NCBI GenBank assembly: GCA_965203555.1
Contig: CBDBCY010000004.1
Span: 992,001 to 1,056,000 of the forward strand
Length of the DNA: 64,000 nucleotides
Reading direction: 5' to 3'
Source of the DNA: Acidimicrobiia bacterium
Lineage (GTDB): Bacteria; Actinomycetota; Acidimicrobiia; Spongiisociales; ZC4RG35
Shown here piece after piece: positions 56,197 through 64,000 of the stretch. The notes below the pieces were generated by a model. That model did no database searches. It had not been told where the DNA came from and worked only from the letters and a program-made list of their open reading frames with translations. A program made the translations under genes and the position numbers. Within the stretch, counting starts at the first letter, position 1, and the number at the start of each line of letters is the position of its first letter.

Positions 56197-57327
56197 TCAC
56201 AGACCGGCGAGAACCAGGGCCAGCGGGTAGAAGACCACCAATACCACTCCCGCTACCCGGCTTTGGGACCATCGCGAGAAAACGACATCCCCCGTCGCCA
56301 GGGCAGACCCCATCATCTGCAGGACGCGGTTGCTGCTGCGGAAGGGTCGCAGTCGATCGAACCCGCGGAGACCATTTGCTATCCCCCCCGCCGCCACGGC
56401 GGTTCCCATCATCCAAAGAAGGCTGCCCCGGAAATTGCCGGTGAAGACCCCGTCCCCGACCAGTCCTGCTATGCCACCCACCGCCAGGGCGTTGAAGAGA
56501 TTGGAACCGAGCACATTCCCTATGACCAGTTCGGTGTTCCCGTGCCGGGCCGCGGCGACGGCCGTGGCCAACTCGGGAAGGGAGGTCCCCAGCGCCACCA
56601 GTGTCAGCCCGACCAGCCCTCCGGAGATATCCAGCCGTTCGGCAATGCCGGTGGCGCCGTCCACCAGCCGATCGGCGCCCCACAATGTCAGGACCAGCGA
56701 GATGAGGGCCATCAGGATTTCCCTCCACAGAACGAGGCTGAGGCGGATGCGCAGCCCTGGCAAACCCACCGAGGACCCCGCTTTTACCTTCTCCAACCAC
56801 GAAGCGATTTCATCCGAATAGGCGGACCCGCCACCTTCTGATGGATCCCTCTCGGTTTTCCCGTCGATCGAGTGCATGTCCCGGGACCATCGCACCAGCA
56901 ACATCAACGCCACCGCCATGGCAACCGCCAGGGCCACTCCGTTCGGTCGGGACAAGGCGTTGTTCCAGGCCAGAACGACCAGCACGAAAGATCCGACCAG
57001 CATGGCCAGCCACTCCCGCCGCAGGTCCGTGGTGACGTTCTTCAACGGAGCGACGAGTATGGCAACGCCCAGCACCAGGGAGAGATTGGCGATGTTGGAT
57101 CCCACGATGTTGCCGGTGGCCAGATCCAGCCCGTTGGGCCGGGCCGCCGCCAGGCCCGAGATCAGCATCTCCGGCAGGGAGGTTCCCAACCCCACCACCA
57201 CCGCTCCGATGAGGACGGTGGACATTCCCCAGTAGTGGGCCAGCCGCTCGGCGGCGCTCACCAGCCGCTCCGCGCCGAAGATGAGCACCGCCATGCCCAC
57301 CACCACCCAGGCCACATCAACTAGCAT
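56197..57327 (-). CDS. calcium/sodium antiporter (YrbG-like)
   Basis: Two alpha repeats: GTSLPE...GNIVGSN and GTSLPEL...GNVLGSN. Confidence 0.9.
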   Translation of the reverse strand: MLVDVAWVVVGMAVLIFGAERLVSAAERLAHYWGMSTVLIGAVVVGLGTSLPEMLISGLAAARPNGLDLATGNIVGSNIANLSLVLGVAILVAPLKNVTTDLRREWLAMLVGSFVLVVLAWNNALSRPNGVALAVAMAVALMLLVRWSRDMHSIDGKTERDPSEGGGSAYSDEIASWLEKVKAGSSVGLPGLRIRLSLVLWREILMALISLVLTLWGADRLVDGATGIAERLDISGGLVGLTLVALGTSLPELATAVAAARHGNTELVIGNVLGSNLFNALAVGGIAGLVGDGVFTGNFRGSLLWMMGTAVAAGGIANGLRGFDRLRPFRSSNRVLQMMGSALATGDVVFSRWSQSRVAGVVLVVFYPLALVLAGL

Positions 57328-57441
57328 CAGGAAAACCTTACTCCACAGCTAAAGAAACTGTCGGTCGAGAACTCTTGCCGAGTCATATTGCAATAGCAGG
57401 CTAACGACAGGAATCGCGGTGTCGCACAGTCCCTCCGATCA

Positions 57442-61883
<4,442 letters not shown>

Positions 61884-61887
<4 letters not shown>

Positions 61888-62582
61888 CGAAGGTCCATAT
61901 CGGATGCATCGACGGAAGCATCCTTACTGTTACCCAGACCGCCACCGAAGTGCGCCTTCGCATCGGAGACACTAAGGCCAGACTGTCCAGGGAGGCCGCC
62001 GATCGGCTGGCCAACCTATTGAATCAGCAGGCCTCGCCCGTTGAGGATTCCGAACCGCTTGATGCCGCTGGACCGGAGCCGGAGAGTCCCACAGCTGATG
62101 TAGGAGTGAGCGACCTGATCGCCGCTGGGTACCTCGCGGTGGGGGAAGTTCTAACCATGATCCACAGCGGAGTGGAGTTTCAGGCCACCCTAACCCCCGA
62201 TGGCTACTTCGACGTCGACGGTTCCATCAGGACATCACCTTCAGGTGCCGGACGGCAAATAACAGGAAGAGCCACCAACGGCTGGATCACTTGGAAAAAT
62301 GCTTCTGGAGGAAGCCTTGATGCTCTCCGTTGGCAACTCCGAGCAGACAGGTTTCAATGCCCTGGGTTTTCTAAGGCCACCATAGATTCGATGCGACAGG
62401 TCATCAGCAGGTGGGTGGACCGCACACTCAGCAAAGGCACTCATCCTGGACGGTTTGATGCAGAGGCTGTGGAATCTTTTCTCGCAGGAAACCGCTACAC
62501 GGAAAGCACGCTGACTTCTTACCGAAGATACCTTGATCGGTGGTTTGCTCAATACGATTCCCATCGGCCGTCAAATTCATGA
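61884..62582 (+). CDS. RAMA-domain (restriction/adenine methylase-associated) protein
   Basis: VSDLIAAGYL...ATLTPDG...TSPSGAGRQITGRATNGWITWK; ATGA overlaps on both sides. Confidence 0.7.
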
Positions 62583-64000
62583 CCGAAACCGGCGTCAAGG
62601 ACTTCGCCAAACCGGAACTGGCAACCAATCGGGCCGGCGATACGGTGGCAGAGGCTCTCAACGGGTTCATCTCCCATGCGGCAACCGGATTGGTGGGCGG
62701 TGCTCGGGTGGACATCGCCACTGCTTATTTCAATCTCGGCGGGTTCTCGCTTCTGGCCGACTCCCTGGATCAAGCCACCGGGGTCCGGCTGTTGCTGGGC
62801 GCCGAGCCCACCCCGCCCGAGAGACGAAAACGAAAGCTGGGAGTCGAGTCGGCAATCCCGGAGCGGGCGGCCCGCACCCGGCTGAAACAAGCGCTGGCGA
62901 GTCACGAACACAGCCTGGCCACCGACCGGGATCTGCTGGGATTCTCGGTGGAGGCGGACATCTCCGCCCGGCGACTGCTCAAGTGGCTTCGGTCCGGCTC
63001 AGTGCAAGTGCGGCGGCTGGAGGGCCGGTTCCTTCACGGCAAAGCCTTCCTGGTGAGCGAACCTTCCCACGGGGTGGTAGCCGGATCGTCCAACTTCACC
63101 CACGCCGGGCTCACCACCAACCTGGAGCTGAACCTGGGCAACTACCAGCCCTACGTGGTCGGGCAGGTGGCGGAGTGGTTCGAGGAGCTTTGGACCGAGG
63201 CGGTCGAATACGATCTGGCCGCCTTGTTCGATGCCCGCTTCAAGCCGCACTCCCCCCAACTCATCTATCTGCGGATGCTGTGGGAACGCTACGGCGAGGA
63301 ATTGGACGACGAGGCCCTCGCCACCGGCGTATCCCAAATCCATCTCACCACTTTCCAGGCCGATGGGCTGTGGCGGGCCAGGCGCATCCTGGAACGCCGC
63401 CACGGAGTGCTGATCGCCGACGAGGTGGGGCTTGGCAAGACCTTCCTGGCCGGAGAGCTGATCCGCGAAGCGGCCATCGATAGGCGTCAGCGGGTCCTGG
63501 TGGTCACCCCGGCAACCCTGCGGGACGGACCGTGGAGAGCGTTCCGCTCCGAGTACAACCTTCCCATGGAACTCCGCTCGTTCGAGGAAATGGCCGGCGA
63601 CCATCGACTCAATCCCCACCACGCCACCGGCACGAAGCTCGACCGTCAGATCAACGACTACGCCATGGTGGTTATCGACGAGGCCCACAATCTGCGCAAT
63701 CCGGGGACGCAGCGAGCCGAGGCGCTGCGTCGGCTGCTGGCCGGATCTCCCCCCAAGCAGTTGGTGCTGCTCACGGCCACGCCGGTGAACAACAGCCTGT
63801 GGGACCTCTATTACCAGCTCGGATACTTCCTGCGCAACGATGCCGCTTTCGCCGATGTGGGCATCCGCTCCCTGCGGGATCATTTCGCCAAGGCCATGGC
63901 CCTCAATCCCGACGATCTCACACCCGAACACCTCTTCGACGTGCTGGACGCGGTGGCGGTGCGCCGCACCCGGTCGTTCGTGAAACGCTTCTATCCCAAC
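62579..64000 (+). CDS. PLD-nuclease domain + SNF2-family helicase (partial, runs off window end)
   Basis: Manual translation: DIATAYFN, FLHGKAFLV...GSSNFT...NLELN (PLD-like), ADEVGLGKT, IDEAHNLRN, LLTATPVNN. Confidence 0.88.
   Translation, partial: MTETGVKDFAKPELATNRAGDTVAEALNGFISHAATGLVGGARVDIATAYFNLGGFSLLADSLDQATGVRLLLGAEPTPPERRKRKLGVESAIPERAARTRLKQALASHEHSLATDRDLLGFSVEADISARRLLKWLRSGSVQVRRLEGRFLHGKAFLVSEPSHGVVAGSSNFTHAGLTTNLELNLGNYQPYVVGQVAEWFEELWTEAVEYDLAALFDARFKPHSPQLIYLRMLWERYGEELDDEALATGVSQIHLTTFQADGLWRARRILERRHGVLIADEVGLGKTFLAGELIREAAIDRRQRVLVVTPATLRDGPWRAFRSEYNLPMELRSFEEMAGDHRLNPHHATGTKLDRQINDYAMVVIDEAHNLRNPGTQRAEALRRLLAGSPPKQLVLLTATPVNNSLWDLYYQLGYFLRNDAAFADVGIRSLRDHFAKAMALNPDDLTPEHLFDVLDAVAVRRTRSFVKRFYPN

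Overview
GC-rich bacterial DNA, most consistent with an actinobacterium of Acidimicrobiia type. This is an inference from nucS, apparently leaderless TANNNT-N6-7-start genes, and lipoproteins with P(E/T)TTAA linkers. Most of the window is chromosomal housekeeping and transport: a LIV-type ABC operon with a PcaR-like IclR, msrA, purA/purB, ycaQ, thiBP with a TPP riboswitch, nucS, a sugar ABC cluster, hsp20, metY, dinG and a vapBC-type TA pair. It also holds two betaine/carnitine loci. The most unusual element is at 57.4-64 kb, a type IIG/Eco57I-like N6-adenine methyltransferase + RAMA + PLD-SNF2 helicase defence operon. Its MTase gene carries three simple-sequence repeats: C10, (GGAGGGC)7 and (GA)18. 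The last two are each followed by tandem, diverged copies of one protein segment, with each copy in a different reading frame (2 copies and 3 copies). Repeat slippage could therefore choose among alternative DNA-contacting segments rather than only switch the gene on or off. Other highlights are a ProX-fused GluR0-like K+ channel beside a BCCT-ProX operon, a two-gene cassette flanked by a perfect 43-bp duplication of a gene 3' end, a repeat-rich secreted protein behind a structured leader, and an AT-rich 26/27-bp tandem array. All calls come from reading motifs by eye; no database searches were run.
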